From an uncultured Pelagibacteraceae bacterium (GTDB lineage Bacteria > Pseudomonadota > Alphaproteobacteria > Pelagibacterales > Pelagibacteraceae): 64,000 nucleotides of DNA. Made by a program: the position numbers and the translations under genes. The notes beneath the pieces are model-generated. The model saw only the letters and a list, made by a program, of their open reading frames with translations, was not told the DNA's origin and did not search any database. The stretch spans positions 26,187 through 90,186 of the forward strand of contig CACHOG010000002.1 of assembly GCA_902581445.1 (NCBI GenBank), in the 5' to 3' direction. Below are positions 11,183 through 21,571 of this stretch, piece after piece (position 1 is the stretch's first letter; every line of letters starts with the position of its first letter).

Positions 11183-12171
11183 TTTACGTGAGGCAACGAA
11201 TTTAATATTTTTTTTGTAAATGAAGGTAAAATAAATTTACTAAAGTTTGATTTATCTAAAAGAAAACTATTTTTTATTGTTTTTCTATTATTATTTTCGT
11301 TAATTATTATTTTCATATTCATATTAGATAGCTTAATATTTATTTTTTTATCGATTGATAATTGATATTTTTCTTTGTCAATTTCGTTCATTGGAAAAAT
11401 AACTAAATTTTTTAAAAAATTAAATTTTTTATTTTTTATTACTAAATATTTATTTTTACGTTTATATACCTGGGCTTCAAAATATTTTATTTTGTTAAAT
11501 TTACTATTGGTAATTATGGCAAAATCTTTTTTCTTATAAGCTTTGCAATAAATAGTTAATGGACAAGAATTACATATTGGTAATGTTGGTCTACAAATTA
11601 AAGCTCCTATCTCCATTATTGCTTGAGCGTAATCACTTGACCTTTTTGAATTTAAAAAAAAACTTTTTTTTTTAGCTAAATTTTCTTTAGATATTTGAGA
11701 TTTTTTTTTTAATAAGAAAACTCTTTTTAATATTCTTTCAACATTGCCATCCAATGGAATGTAGGGCTTATTATGTGCAATGGATAAAATTGATCTTGAT
11801 GTATATTCTCCGATACCTGGAAGAGTTTTGAGTTTTTCTAAATCTTTAGGTAAATTTCCGTGATACTCTGTTATTAATATAGTAGCTGTCTTCTTTAGAT
11901 TTTTTGCTCTTGAATAGTAACCGAGACCCTCCCAATATTTGAGTACTCTATTTTCATCTGCACTTGCTAAAGATTTAAGATTTGGAAATTTTTTAATAAA
12001 TTTATTAAAAAATGGAATAACTGTTTTTACTTGGGTTTGTTGAAGCATAAACTCACTTACTAAAGTAAAATATTCATGTTGTTTTTTTGTATTATTTCTT
12101 CTCCATGGTAAAGATCTTTTATTATTATCGTACCAATGTAAAATTTTTTTTGGTATGTTCTTTTTATTCAT
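11179..12171 (-). CDS. mutY: A/G-specific adenine glycosylase
   Basis: SEFMLQQTQV, WEGLGYYSRA, LPGIGEYT, CxxxxxxCxxCxxxxxC; ATG at 12171 preferred over the ORF-track start. Confidence 0.93.
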   Translation of the reverse strand: MNKKNIPKKILHWYDNNKRSLPWRRNNTKKQHEYFTLVSEFMLQQTQVKTVIPFFNKFIKKFPNLKSLASADENRVLKYWEGLGYYSRAKNLKKTATILITEYHGNLPKDLEKLKTLPGIGEYTSRSILSIAHNKPYIPLDGNVERILKRVFLLKKKSQISKENLAKKKSFFLNSKRSSDYAQAIMEIGALICRPTLPICNSCPLTIYCKAYKKKDFAIITNSKFNKIKYFEAQVYKRKNKYLVIKNKKFNFLKNLVIFPMNEIDKEKYQLSIDKKINIKLSNMNMKIIINENNNRKTIKNSFLLDKSNFSKFILPSFTKKILNSLPHVK

Positions 12172-12660
12172 ATGCAATATAAATTCAATTCTAAGCAGAG
12201 ATACAGATCCATTCAAGGACTAAGATCTTTTAAAGATACTTTACCAACAAAAGTTAAAAAAATTTTAAAAAAGAAAGGTCATATATTTTCAGAAACTCTT
12301 GATAATTGGAGGCACATTGTAGGGGATGAGTTATTCAAGGTATGCTACCCAAAATCGTTCAAAAGTTCTAATAAATTAAGCTCAAGCACTCTAAGCATAA
12401 TGGTCAAAAGAGGTCATGAGGTTGAAATGGAGTATAAGAAAAATGAAATTGTTAAAAAAATTAATACATACTTTAATGACAGAATAGTTGAAAAAATTAG
12501 ATTAATAACTTTTGACAGTAATCAAAAAATTTTCAGAAGGGAAATAAAAAAAGATGTGACAAAAAACCAATATGCAAAAAAAATTGAAAATATTAAAAAT
12601 CAAAAAATAAAATATTCACTTCTTAAATTGAGTAAATTATTAAAAAATGATGAAAAATAA
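12172..12660 (+). CDS. DUF721/DciA family protein
   Basis: W..IVG motif; mutY / DUF721-dsbA-smc arrangement typical of alphaproteobacteria. Confidence 0.75.
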   Translation: MQYKFNSKQRYRSIQGLRSFKDTLPTKVKKILKKKGHIFSETLDNWRHIVGDELFKVCYPKSFKSSNKLSSSTLSIMVKRGHEVEMEYKKNEIVKKINTYFNDRIVEKIRLITFDSNQKIFRREIKKDVTKNQYAKKIENIKNQKIKYSLLKLSKLLKNDEK

Positions 12661-13231
12661 AATTTTATCTTTGTTGCTATTTATTTTTTTAAATCATAGC
12701 GTAATTGCAGATGAAAAAATAAAACCTATAATAGAAGGAAATATAAATGCAAAGGTAAAAATTGTAGTTTATGAGTCTCTTACTTGCTCACATTGTGCTA
12801 ACTTTCATAAAGAAGTTTATCCAAAACTTAAAGATGAATTTTTAGATAATGGCTTTGTGTCTATAGAGTTTAGAAATTTTCCACTAGATATTGCGGCTTT
12901 GAACGCATCAAAATTAGCACATTGTAAAAATGACGGAAATGCAAATATCCTACATTTTTTATATTTAAAACAAGAAGAATGGATAAAGGGAAGCACTATT
13001 GAAAAATTAAATTCAAATCTTAAAGATGTCATTAAAAATCAAAATTTCAATTTAAATTTTGACAGTTGCATAGCAGACAAAAATATTGAAGATCACATAC
13101 TGGAAGATCGAATCGAAGGGGCAAAAAAATTTAAAATAAATGCTACTCCTACGATAATAATTAACGATAAAAAGTTTGAAAAAGCTTTAAACTTTAAAAA
13201 CTTGAAAAAAGCCATAGAAAAACTGATATAG
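12647..13231 (+). CDS. DsbA family thiol-disulfide oxidoreductase
   Basis: Signal peptide, SLTCSHCANFH, ATPT cis-Pro loop. Confidence 0.9.
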   Translation: MMKNKILSLLLFIFLNHSVIADEKIKPIIEGNINAKVKIVVYESLTCSHCANFHKEVYPKLKDEFLDNGFVSIEFRNFPLDIAALNASKLAHCKNDGNANILHFLYLKQEEWIKGSTIEKLNSNLKDVIKNQNFNLNFDSCIADKNIEDHILEDRIEGAKKFKINATPTIIINDKKFEKALNFKNLKKAIEKLI

Positions 13232-13238
13232 TTTCTTA

Positions 13239-15812
13239 ATGGAGTTTAAAAAAATCCAATTAAATGGTTTCAAATCATTTGCTGAAAATACAACATTTAT
13301 AATAGATAAAGGTTTAACTGGAATAGTCGGACCAAACGGCTGTGGAAAATCAAACATAGTAGAGTCTCTAAGATGGTGTATGGGCGAAACATCTGCAAAA
13401 AGCATGAGAGGTTCAGGTATGGAGGATGTTATATTTTCTGGAACTTCCAATAAACCCTCTAAAAATTTAGCTGAGGTCACAATTTCACTTACAAATCAAA
13501 ACAAAGATGGCCCAAATCAATATAAAGAGTTGGAGTCTATTGAGGTCAAGCGCAAAATAGAAAAAGATAAGGGATCAAAGTTTTACATTAATGAAAAAGA
13601 AGTAAGAGCAAAAGATGCTCAAATGTTTTTTGCTGATCTATCTACTGGTGCACACTCACCTTCAATAATAAGTCAAGGTAGAATAGGAGCTCTTGTGACT
13701 GCAAAACCTACAGATAGAAGAGCAGTATTAGAAGAAGCTGCTGGTATTGCTGGTTTACATGTGAGAAGGCATGAGGCGGAACTACGATTAGATGCGGCTG
13801 AAAATAACTTAAAAAGAGCAGATGAGTTGCGAAGACAACAGGAAAGGCAACTACAAAATTTATTAAAACAAGCTGAAGAAGCTACAAAATATAAAAATAT
13901 TTCTGAAGATATTAAAAAAATTGAAGCGGGACTCTATTATTTAAAACTGAGGGATATTGACAACGAAATTAAACTTGAAAAAGAGATAAACAATGAAGCA
14001 GACAACGAAGTTAGGGGTTTTAATGAAAAATTAGAATTAATTGAAAAAAAAATAAATGACGAAACTGAAAAAGTAAATCCTATAAGAGATAAAAATTTTG
14101 AAATTTTATCGAAAATTCAAAGATTAAATCTTGAATTGAAGGGGCTAGACGAAGAAAATGAGAGAATTAAAAGTGAAATAGAGGCAATAAAGAGCTCGTT
14201 AAAAATTATAGAGAACGATACTGATAGAGAAAAAAGTATAATTATAGACGCTAAGTCCAACGAAAAAAGACTTAAGGAGGAAAAACAAGAGCTAATTGAT
14301 ATTGACTCTAAATATTATGAAACTGAAAAACAGTCTAACCAGGATTTAGAGGTTGCAAAAAAGAATTTAAAACAAGAACAAGAAAAAGTTGATAATCTAA
14401 TTAATAATTTTGGTTCAGAAAATTTAAAGAAAAACTTACATACGATTAGAGAAATAAAAGATAATATTGATGCAATTATTAAACTAGTTAAGGACAGGAA
14501 TAACGACGATGCAATCAAAATTTTAGAGTCTTGCCAAATAACTATTGGTTATTTGACTCAAACAATAAACGAGAATGATGATGATAAAAAGCTATCTAAT
14601 CTTTCTGAAAAAAACGAAAATATAAAAAAATTACAAGAAATATATGCAGATAGTTATAGTAAAAACCAAAATCTAAAAAAAGAATCTATTAAAAGAAATG
14701 AAAGAATAAATACAATAGAAAATGAATTTAACAGTTGGAAAAGCTTATTAGTAAATTCTGAAAAAAAAATTAATGAATTGAATGAACGTAAAAAAACTCT
14801 TAGCCAAAAATTAGAAGATCTAGACAAGCAACCACAAACTCAAGCTGAAAAAAAAGGTCAAATTTCTGAAAGTTTAAGAATTTCAGAAAATGAAAAAAAA
14901 GAAAATGAAGATTTGATCAATCAAATTGACAATCAAATAAATGATTTTAGAAATGAATTGAATGTAACAAAAGAATCATCTATCGAAATTAGAGAGAGAA
15001 AAGCAAGCTCATCTGCAACTATAGAGGGTCTTGATAAAAGAAGAAATGATTTATTGGATAGAATAGACACTGAATTAAACCTAAATGAAGAAAATCTTTT
15101 AAGTTTTTCAAATCTTGAAAAACAAGATGAATTCCCTGATGCTGTCACACAAGAAGAGCTTTTGGACGCTAGAAAGAGAGAGAGAGAGAAATTAGGATCA
15201 GTAAATCTTAGAGCAGATGAAGAAACCAGTAAATATGAAATTGAAATAAAAAAAATGGAAAGTGATAGACAAGATTTAGTACAAGCAATTTCAAAACTTA
15301 AAGAAAGTATTAGTGAATTAAATCAAAAAGGAAGGGAAAGGCTCCTGGAAGCCTTTGAAAAAGTAAATAGAAAGTTTAATGAGGTTTATACAAAACTATT
15401 TAATGGTGGAAGTGCAAAACTTGAACTCGTAGACTCTGATGATCCACTTGAAGCTGGCTTAGAACTACTAGTTAGTCCTCCAGGAAAGAGACTTCAATCT
15501 ATTACTCTGTTGTCAGGAGGTGAGCAAGCATTAACAGCTTTATCACTTATTTTTGCAGTATTTTTAACTAACCCTGCACCAATATGTGTGTTAGACGAAG
15601 TGGATGCTCCGCTAGATGACGCGAATGTTACAAGGTTTTGTAATTTGCTTGAAGAACTTACAAAAATTACCCGAACAAGATTTGTAATTGTTACTCATCA
15701 TGCTTTAACAATGTCAAAAATGAACAAACTATACGGTGTAACAATGCCTGAAAAAGGTATCAGCCAATTAGTAGCTGTTGATTTACAGAAAGCTGAGAGT
15801 ATGGTCGCTTAA
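13239..15812 (+). CDS. smc: Chromosome segregation protein SMC, short form (857 aa)
   Basis: GFKSF, GPNGCGKSN Walker A, LSGGE signature, LDEVDAPLD Walker B, long coiled coil. Confidence 0.93.
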   Translation: MEFKKIQLNGFKSFAENTTFIIDKGLTGIVGPNGCGKSNIVESLRWCMGETSAKSMRGSGMEDVIFSGTSNKPSKNLAEVTISLTNQNKDGPNQYKELESIEVKRKIEKDKGSKFYINEKEVRAKDAQMFFADLSTGAHSPSIISQGRIGALVTAKPTDRRAVLEEAAGIAGLHVRRHEAELRLDAAENNLKRADELRRQQERQLQNLLKQAEEATKYKNISEDIKKIEAGLYYLKLRDIDNEIKLEKEINNEADNEVRGFNEKLELIEKKINDETEKVNPIRDKNFEILSKIQRLNLELKGLDEENERIKSEIEAIKSSLKIIENDTDREKSIIIDAKSNEKRLKEEKQELIDIDSKYYETEKQSNQDLEVAKKNLKQEQEKVDNLINNFGSENLKKNLHTIREIKDNIDAIIKLVKDRNNDDAIKILESCQITIGYLTQTINENDDDKKLSNLSEKNENIKKLQEIYADSYSKNQNLKKESIKRNERINTIENEFNSWKSLLVNSEKKINELNERKKTLSQKLEDLDKQPQTQAEKKGQISESLRISENEKKENEDLINQIDNQINDFRNELNVTKESSIEIRERKASSSATIEGLDKRRNDLLDRIDTELNLNEENLLSFSNLEKQDEFPDAVTQEELLDARKREREKLGSVNLRADEETSKYEIEIKKMESDRQDLVQAISKLKESISELNQKGRERLLEAFEKVNRKFNEVYTKLFNGGSAKLELVDSDDPLEAGLELLVSPPGKRLQSITLLSGGEQALTALSLIFAVFLTNPAPICVLDEVDAPLDDANVTRFCNLLEELTKITRTRFVIVTHHALTMSKMNKLYGVTMPEKGISQLVAVDLQKAESMVA

Positions 15813-15814
15813 TA

Positions 15815-16090
15815 ATGACCAAAGAAAAATTTAAAACTCGCCTAGAAATTGCAAAAAAAAAGATATCTAACAATGAAAACAAAAATATTGATAAAAAAAC
15901 GTCACTTTTAGGAGTAGCATTCAAAATGAGCACTGAACTTGTGGCCGCAGTTCTAGTAGGTAGTATTATTGGGTTTATTTTTGATAGCTGGTTTGGTACT
16001 AAACCATGGTTAATTTTAACATTCTTTTTTGTAGGAGTTATAGCTGGTGTTTTAAACGTGGTAAGATCTGCAAAAAAGATGCAAAAGTAA
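15815..16090 (+). CDS. atpI: ATP synthase protein I (AtpZ/AtpI)
   Basis: Two TM helices, D.WFGTKPW; first gene of the F0 operon. Confidence 0.88.
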   Translation: MTKEKFKTRLEIAKKKISNNENKNIDKKTSLLGVAFKMSTELVAAVLVGSIIGFIFDSWFGTKPWLILTFFFVGVIAGVLNVVRSAKKMQK

Positions 16091-16096
16091 GATATT

Positions 16097-16831
16097 ATGG
16101 CTACAAACCCAATGCACCAATTCAATGTTTATAGAATTGGTCCAGAAATAAAAATAGATCAAATAGATATTTCGTTTACTAACGCAAGTTTATTCATGGT
16201 AATAAGCTCTTTAATTATTTTGATTGTATTCAACTTAGGGTCTGTAAAAAAAAATATCATACCAAATAAAATTCAGTTGCTTGCTGAGCTGAGCTACTCT
16301 TTCATTTCAAAAATGATAAGTGATACTGCTGGTTCAAAAGGAAAGCCATATTTTGGGTTTATATTTTCGTTATTTATGTTTGTCCTATTTTGCAACATGT
16401 TAGGAATGTTGCCTTATGCTTTTACAGTAACTAGTCATATAATAGTTACTTTTGTCCTGGCAGCATTCATATTTATTGGGGTGACTGTAATAGGTTTTAT
16501 TAAACATGGTCTTGGTTATTTGAAATTGTTTGTTCCAAGTGGAGTCCCAATTGTTTTATTGCCTTTAATTGTGGTCATAGAAGTTATTTCGTATTTAAGT
16601 AGACCAATAAGTCTATCTGTAAGACTTTTTGCAAACATGATGGCTGGTCATACAATGATGAAAGTTTTCGGGGGTTTTGTTATAAGCCTCGGATTAGTTG
16701 GTGGATGGCTTCCACTAGGTTTTTCGGTTGCATTAACTGGTTTGGAGATATTAGTTGCTTTTCTTCAAGCATATGTATTTGCAATTTTAACATGCATATA
16801 TTTGAATGATGCATTAAATTTACACCATTAA
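16097..16831 (+). CDS. atpB: ATP synthase F0 subunit a
   Basis: RPISLSVRLFANMMAGH, LQAYVF. Confidence 0.98.
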   Translation: MATNPMHQFNVYRIGPEIKIDQIDISFTNASLFMVISSLIILIVFNLGSVKKNIIPNKIQLLAELSYSFISKMISDTAGSKGKPYFGFIFSLFMFVLFCNMLGMLPYAFTVTSHIIVTFVLAAFIFIGVTVIGFIKHGLGYLKLFVPSGVPIVLLPLIVVIEVISYLSRPISLSVRLFANMMAGHTMMKVFGGFVISLGLVGGWLPLGFSVALTGLEILVAFLQAYVFAILTCIYLNDALNLHH

Positions 16832-16847
16832 ACAAAAAGGAGGAACA

Positions 16848-17075
16848 ATGGAACTAGAAGCAGCAAAAATGATAGGAGCAGGACTAGCGGCGATAGCGTT
16901 AGCTGGAGCTGGAGTAGGTATTGGAATTATTTTCGGTAACTATCTGTCTGGAGCTATGAGAAATCCGTCTGCAGCTCAAAAACAATTCCCGAATTTATTA
17001 TTAGGTTTCGCGTTAGCTGAGGCTACTGGTTTATTTGGATTAGTTGTAGCATTGATTATTTTATTTGCATTTTAA
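16848..17075 (+). CDS. atpE: ATP synthase F0 subunit c
   Basis: GxGxG, RNP loop, ALAEA; strong SD AGGAGG. Confidence 0.98.
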   Translation: MELEAAKMIGAGLAAIALAGAGVGIGIIFGNYLSGAMRNPSAAQKQFPNLLLGFALAEATGLFGLVVALIILFAF

Positions 17076-17078
17076 ATA

Positions 17079-17669
17079 ATGCGTAAAAGATTAGTTTTAT
17101 ATTTATTACTTTCGGTCTTTGCATTTTTATCAAATGTATATGGTGCGGAATCTGAAGGAATGCCACAATTAAACCCTGAGTTTTGGGTTTCACAAATTTT
17201 TTGGCTGATATTATCCTTTGGATTTTTATTCGTAATTTTATCTAAATTTATACTTCCAAAAATAAGTAATAATTTAGAATTAAGAAAATCTCAAATTTTA
17301 GAGAACGTAGAGACAGCTGAAAAACAAAAAATTGAAAGTGAAAATAAAATTAAAGAATACGAGACTTTAATCAATAATAGTAAAAATGAGGCTAGAAACT
17401 ATTTCAATGAGGCTAGAAAAAAAATAATTCAAGATATAGATAAAAAAAGAGAAAAAATCGAAGAGGAGATAAACTTAGAGATACAGAATGCTGAAAAAGA
17501 AATTGTTGAACTAAAAAAAAGTTCGCCAGAAAAGATAAACAAAATTGCAACTGAAACATCAGCACAATTAATTAAGCAGTTGATTGGTGAAGAGATTAAT
17601 AATAGTAGTATTTCTGCTATTGTTGAAGATCTTTCTAAAAAAAATAAAGGTAAATATTATGGAAATTGA
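17079..17669 (+). CDS. atpF2: ATP synthase F0 subunit b'
   Basis: GMPQL...SQIFWL, then coiled coil. Confidence 0.9.
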   Translation: MRKRLVLYLLLSVFAFLSNVYGAESEGMPQLNPEFWVSQIFWLILSFGFLFVILSKFILPKISNNLELRKSQILENVETAEKQKIESENKIKEYETLINNSKNEARNYFNEARKKIIQDIDKKREKIEEEINLEIQNAEKEIVELKKSSPEKINKIATETSAQLIKQLIGEEINNSSISAIVEDLSKKNKGKYYGN

Positions 17670-18156
17670 TGCAACATTTTGGGTAGCTGTATCTTTTTTT
17701 ATTTTTGTAGCTGTTCTTGTTTATTTTAAAATTCCTCAAAAGGTAAATGAAACTTTAAATAAACTTATTTCAGATATTAGAAATGAAATTGATGAAAGTG
17801 AGAAATTACGAGAAGAGTCAAAAGTTATGTTAGATAATGCCCAAGCCAAATTGGATAGCGCTAAATCGGAAGTAAAGGAAATCTCAGATAGAGCCAAACA
17901 AGATAGTGAAAAACTTATTATAGAGATGAATGATAAATTTCATAAAATGTCAGATATAAAAAAAAATTTAGCAAAATCTAAAATTTCGCAAATGAAAGAG
18001 GCAGCACTTAATGATATTAAAAAAGCATCAATCAGTATTGCTGTTGACTCAGTGAAAAAAGCAATATCGACATCAGTAGATAAATCTAAACTAGATAATT
18101 TATTTTCAAAAGATTTAGAGCAAACAAAAAGTCTACTTAAAAAGATTAATTCTTAA
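17659..18156 (+). CDS. atpF: ATP synthase F0 subunit b
   Basis: MEIDATFWVAVSFFIF from ATG 17659, then coiled coil. Confidence 0.92.
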   Translation: MEIDATFWVAVSFFIFVAVLVYFKIPQKVNETLNKLISDIRNEIDESEKLREESKVMLDNAQAKLDSAKSEVKEISDRAKQDSEKLIIEMNDKFHKMSDIKKNLAKSKISQMKEAALNDIKKASISIAVDSVKKAISTSVDKSKLDNLFSKDLEQTKSLLKKINS

Positions 18157-18207
18157 TCTAACTATAAATTAGTTACTTTTTTTCAAAATAATATAGATTA
18201 AACATTT

Positions 18208-19671
18208 ATGGATACTATAGTTATTGGTTCTGGTTTTGGTGGCATAGCAGCTGCACTGCGGCTAAGGGCGAAAGGTCATAATGTTACATTGATAGAAAAA
18301 CATAAAGATCTTGGTGGTAGAGCAAGAGTATTTAAAAAAAATGGTTTCACATATGATGGTGGACCAACTGTTATCACTGCTCCCTACCTTATCAATGAAC
18401 TATTTGAATTGTTTAAAAAAAATCCAGAAAATTATATAAAACTGCAACCTCTCCAGACTTGGTATCAATTTGTTTTTGAGGATAAGACAAAATTTAATTA
18501 TTCAGGAAATGAAAATGATATGAAAAAGCAAATTGAAAATATTAGTAAAGAAGATGTCGAGGGTTATTCGAACTTAGTAAGTTTCACAAAAAAAATTTTT
18601 GATAAAGGTTTTACCGAACTAGCTGATGTACCATTTAATAAACCATTTGTAATGATTCAACAGTTACCAGCTTTATTAAAGTTAAAAAGCTATAAATCAG
18701 TTTATTCCTTAGTTTCATCTTACGTTAGAAATGAGAAGCTCAGAAGAATGTTGAGTATGCACCCATTATTAGTAGGTGGAAACCCTTTTACTACGACATC
18801 AATTTATGGATTAATTTTATATTTAGAAAAGAAATGGGGAATTCATTATTCTATGGGTGGAACCGGAAATATTATAAGTGGGCTCGAAAAATTGATGAAT
18901 GAAGTAGGAATTAAAATAATTAAAGGTCACGAAGTAAATAAAATAACTTTAAAAGAAAAAAAAATAACAGGAATCCAATTGGATGATAAACAAAATATAA
19001 ATGCTGACAACGTAGTATGTAATGCAGATCCACCTGCGGTATATGAAAATTTATTAAATGGTAATAATAGAAGTTCTTTACTATTTGAATGGAAAAAAAA
19101 TAGAATGGAATATTCAATGGGATTATTTGTTTATTATTTCGGCACTAAAAAAATTTATGATACAATAGAACATCACACAATAAAATTTGGCAATAAATAT
19201 AAAGAACATTTAAATGACATATTTGATAATAAAAAATTAAATAACGATATAAGTTATTATCTACATAGGCCCTCTGCCACGGACAAGTCTATGGCTCCAG
19301 AGGGTCATGATTGTTTTTATGTTTTAGTACCAGTACCTAACAATCAATCTAATATTGATTGGAATATTGAAGGAGAAAAAATGAAAGATCTAGTAATAGA
19401 TAAGATGGAAAACGATTTAATGCCAGATTTGAGAAAAAACATTATTGAGGATTTTTATCTTACGCCTGATTATTTTGAAAAAGATCTTAATACAAAATAT
19501 GGTTCTGGTTTCTCAATACAGCCAAAATTTTCTCAGTCAGCTTATTTTAGATTTCACAATAAATCAGAAATTTATGATGGGTTATACTTTGTAGGAGCTG
19601 GAACACATCCTGGTGCAGGTGTTCCTGGTGTCCTCTCATCTGCAAAAGTTCTTGATAAAATTTTACGATGA
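18208..19671 (+). CDS. crtI: Phytoene desaturase
   Basis: GSGFGG, DGGPTVITAP, YFVGAGTHPGAGVPGV. Confidence 0.96.
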   Translation: MDTIVIGSGFGGIAAALRLRAKGHNVTLIEKHKDLGGRARVFKKNGFTYDGGPTVITAPYLINELFELFKKNPENYIKLQPLQTWYQFVFEDKTKFNYSGNENDMKKQIENISKEDVEGYSNLVSFTKKIFDKGFTELADVPFNKPFVMIQQLPALLKLKSYKSVYSLVSSYVRNEKLRRMLSMHPLLVGGNPFTTTSIYGLILYLEKKWGIHYSMGGTGNIISGLEKLMNEVGIKIIKGHEVNKITLKEKKITGIQLDDKQNINADNVVCNADPPAVYENLLNGNNRSSLLFEWKKNRMEYSMGLFVYYFGTKKIYDTIEHHTIKFGNKYKEHLNDIFDNKKLNNDISYYLHRPSATDKSMAPEGHDCFYVLVPVPNNQSNIDWNIEGEKMKDLVIDKMENDLMPDLRKNIIEDFYLTPDYFEKDLNTKYGSGFSIQPKFSQSAYFRFHNKSEIYDGLYFVGAGTHPGAGVPGVLSSAKVLDKILR

Positions 19672-20516
19672 CCAAAAGTCTTTTATCCACTCATGCAAAA
19701 TCCTTTAGTTGGGCAGGCTTTTTTTTACCAAAGAATAAATATAAAGATAGTTCTGATTTATATGATTTTTGTAGAACATTAGATGATATTGTTGATCAAG
19801 ATCTTTTACTCAGTGAAAAAATTAAAAAATTTAATGCATTTAAAAGGGACTTTGAGAATAAAAACTTTGAGAATAAAAATATCAAAAAAATATATTTACT
19901 CATTCAAAAATTTAGTATTGATAGCAGTATCGTAAAAGATTTATTTGATGGAGTTGAAACAGATTTAAAAGAAAAGGTAACTTTTGATACAAAAAAAGAG
20001 TTAATAATATATTCCTATCGTGTTGCTGGTACTGTTGGACTAATGATGGCGAAGATTTTGAATGTTAGATCTAAAAGTTCGTTAATGTCTGCAATTGATT
20101 TAGGGATAGCAATGCAATTAACAAATATAGCGAGGGATGTATTAGAAGATAAAAATAGAAATAGGAAGTATATAAATTCAAATTTTGAGACAATAGAGAA
20201 TACAATAAAATTTGCTGACATTTTTTATAAAAGATCTTTTAGTGCTATAAGTGAAATACCATTTTTAAGTAGATTTGCTATTTTAGTTGCAAGAAGAGTC
20301 TATAGAGAGATCGGGAACGAGATTTTAAAAAAGAAAAATATGGAAAATTACAAATCTGCAGGAAAAATTTATGTTTCGTCCTTAGGGAAGTTTAACCAAA
20401 CAATTTTAAGTATTTTAGATATGTTAAACTTATATTATTCAAAAAAAGATAATGAAATTGAGAGAAAAGAACATGCTTTAATTAAAGAGGAAATAAATTT
20501 AGATGAAAGAATTTGA
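19668..20516 (+). CDS. crtB: Phytoene synthase
   Basis: CRTLDDIVD, YRVAGTVG, LGIAMQLTNIARDV.ED. Confidence 0.95.
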   Translation: MTKSLLSTHAKSFSWAGFFLPKNKYKDSSDLYDFCRTLDDIVDQDLLLSEKIKKFNAFKRDFENKNFENKNIKKIYLLIQKFSIDSSIVKDLFDGVETDLKEKVTFDTKKELIIYSYRVAGTVGLMMAKILNVRSKSSLMSAIDLGIAMQLTNIARDVLEDKNRNRKYINSNFETIENTIKFADIFYKRSFSAISEIPFLSRFAILVARRVYREIGNEILKKKNMENYKSAGKIYVSSLGKFNQTILSILDMLNLYYSKKDNEIERKEHALIKEEINLDERI

Positions 20517-21567
20517 TTATATTATTATTGGCGGTGGATGTGCGGGCTTATCTTTGGCATATGAGCTTGATAGAAACAAAAAATTAGATAAGAAAACTCT
20601 AGCAATTATCGAAATTAGAGAGAAATATAAAAGAGATAAAACTTGGTCTTTTTGGAAGGTGGTTGACCATAATTTTGAGGATTGTGTTATAAAAAGCTGG
20701 AATAATTTTACAATTAACTCTCTTCACGGTTCTCATGAAATGATAAATAAACAATATCCATACCAAACTATTGATAGTGGTTTATTTTACAAAAAAGTAA
20801 TAGATAGTTTGAAAAAGAATCAAAATATTCAATTTATAAAAGATATAAATAGCTTAAATACTAAAAATTCTTTTATATTTAACAGTATATCAACTAATCA
20901 AATTCATGATTCTAATTTCTGGCAACATTTTAAAGGTATAGAGATTGAAACCCAAAAAAATATTTTTGATGATGAAATCTTCAACCTAATGGACTTCAAT
21001 TGTGATCAAAGAAATAATGTGCATTTTTTTTATACTTTGCCTTTTGCAAAAAATAAGGCTTTAGTTGAAACTACATGGTTGTCGAAAATGAATGATAAAA
21101 CTCTATATGATTATGATGCGCAGTTGGAAAATTATATTAAAGAAACGCTTAAAATAAAAAATTACAAAATTAAATATGAAGAAGAGGGTGCAATACCCCT
21201 TTTTTACCCAATTAATAAAATCGAACAAAACAAACTTAACATTGGCTCAGCTGGATGCATGACGCGTCTAAGCACTGGTTATACCTTTTTAAATATTCAA
21301 GAGCATAGTAAATATATAACCAAAAATATTGAAATAATTAGAAAAGCAAAAATTTATCAAATTGGAAAAAAATATGAATTTCTTGATAAGATATTCTTGA
21401 ATGTATTAAAGAGACATCCTGATAAAATGCCAAAAATATTTTTTGATATGTTTAATGGATCGTCTGAAGCTGTGATTAAATTTCTTTCAAATAAAAGTAA
21501 TTTTTTTGAAGATTTAAAAGTAATATTTAAAATGCCAAAAATGCTATTTATTAAAAATATTTTTTAA
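20503..21567 (+). CDS. crtY: Lycopene beta-cyclase
   Basis: GGGCAGLSLA, DKTWSFW, STGY; position in the crt cassette. Confidence 0.9.
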   Translation: MKEFDYIIIGGGCAGLSLAYELDRNKKLDKKTLAIIEIREKYKRDKTWSFWKVVDHNFEDCVIKSWNNFTINSLHGSHEMINKQYPYQTIDSGLFYKKVIDSLKKNQNIQFIKDINSLNTKNSFIFNSISTNQIHDSNFWQHFKGIEIETQKNIFDDEIFNLMDFNCDQRNNVHFFYTLPFAKNKALVETTWLSKMNDKTLYDYDAQLENYIKETLKIKNYKIKYEEEGAIPLFYPINKIEQNKLNIGSAGCMTRLSTGYTFLNIQEHSKYITKNIEIIRKAKIYQIGKKYEFLDKIFLNVLKRHPDKMPKIFFDMFNGSSEAVIKFLSNKSNFFEDLKVIFKMPKMLFIKNIF

Positions 21568-21571
21568 AAAT

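Noticed and set aside
15815-18156. F0 genes without F1 genes
   Set aside because: A split atp operon is normal in alphaproteobacteria
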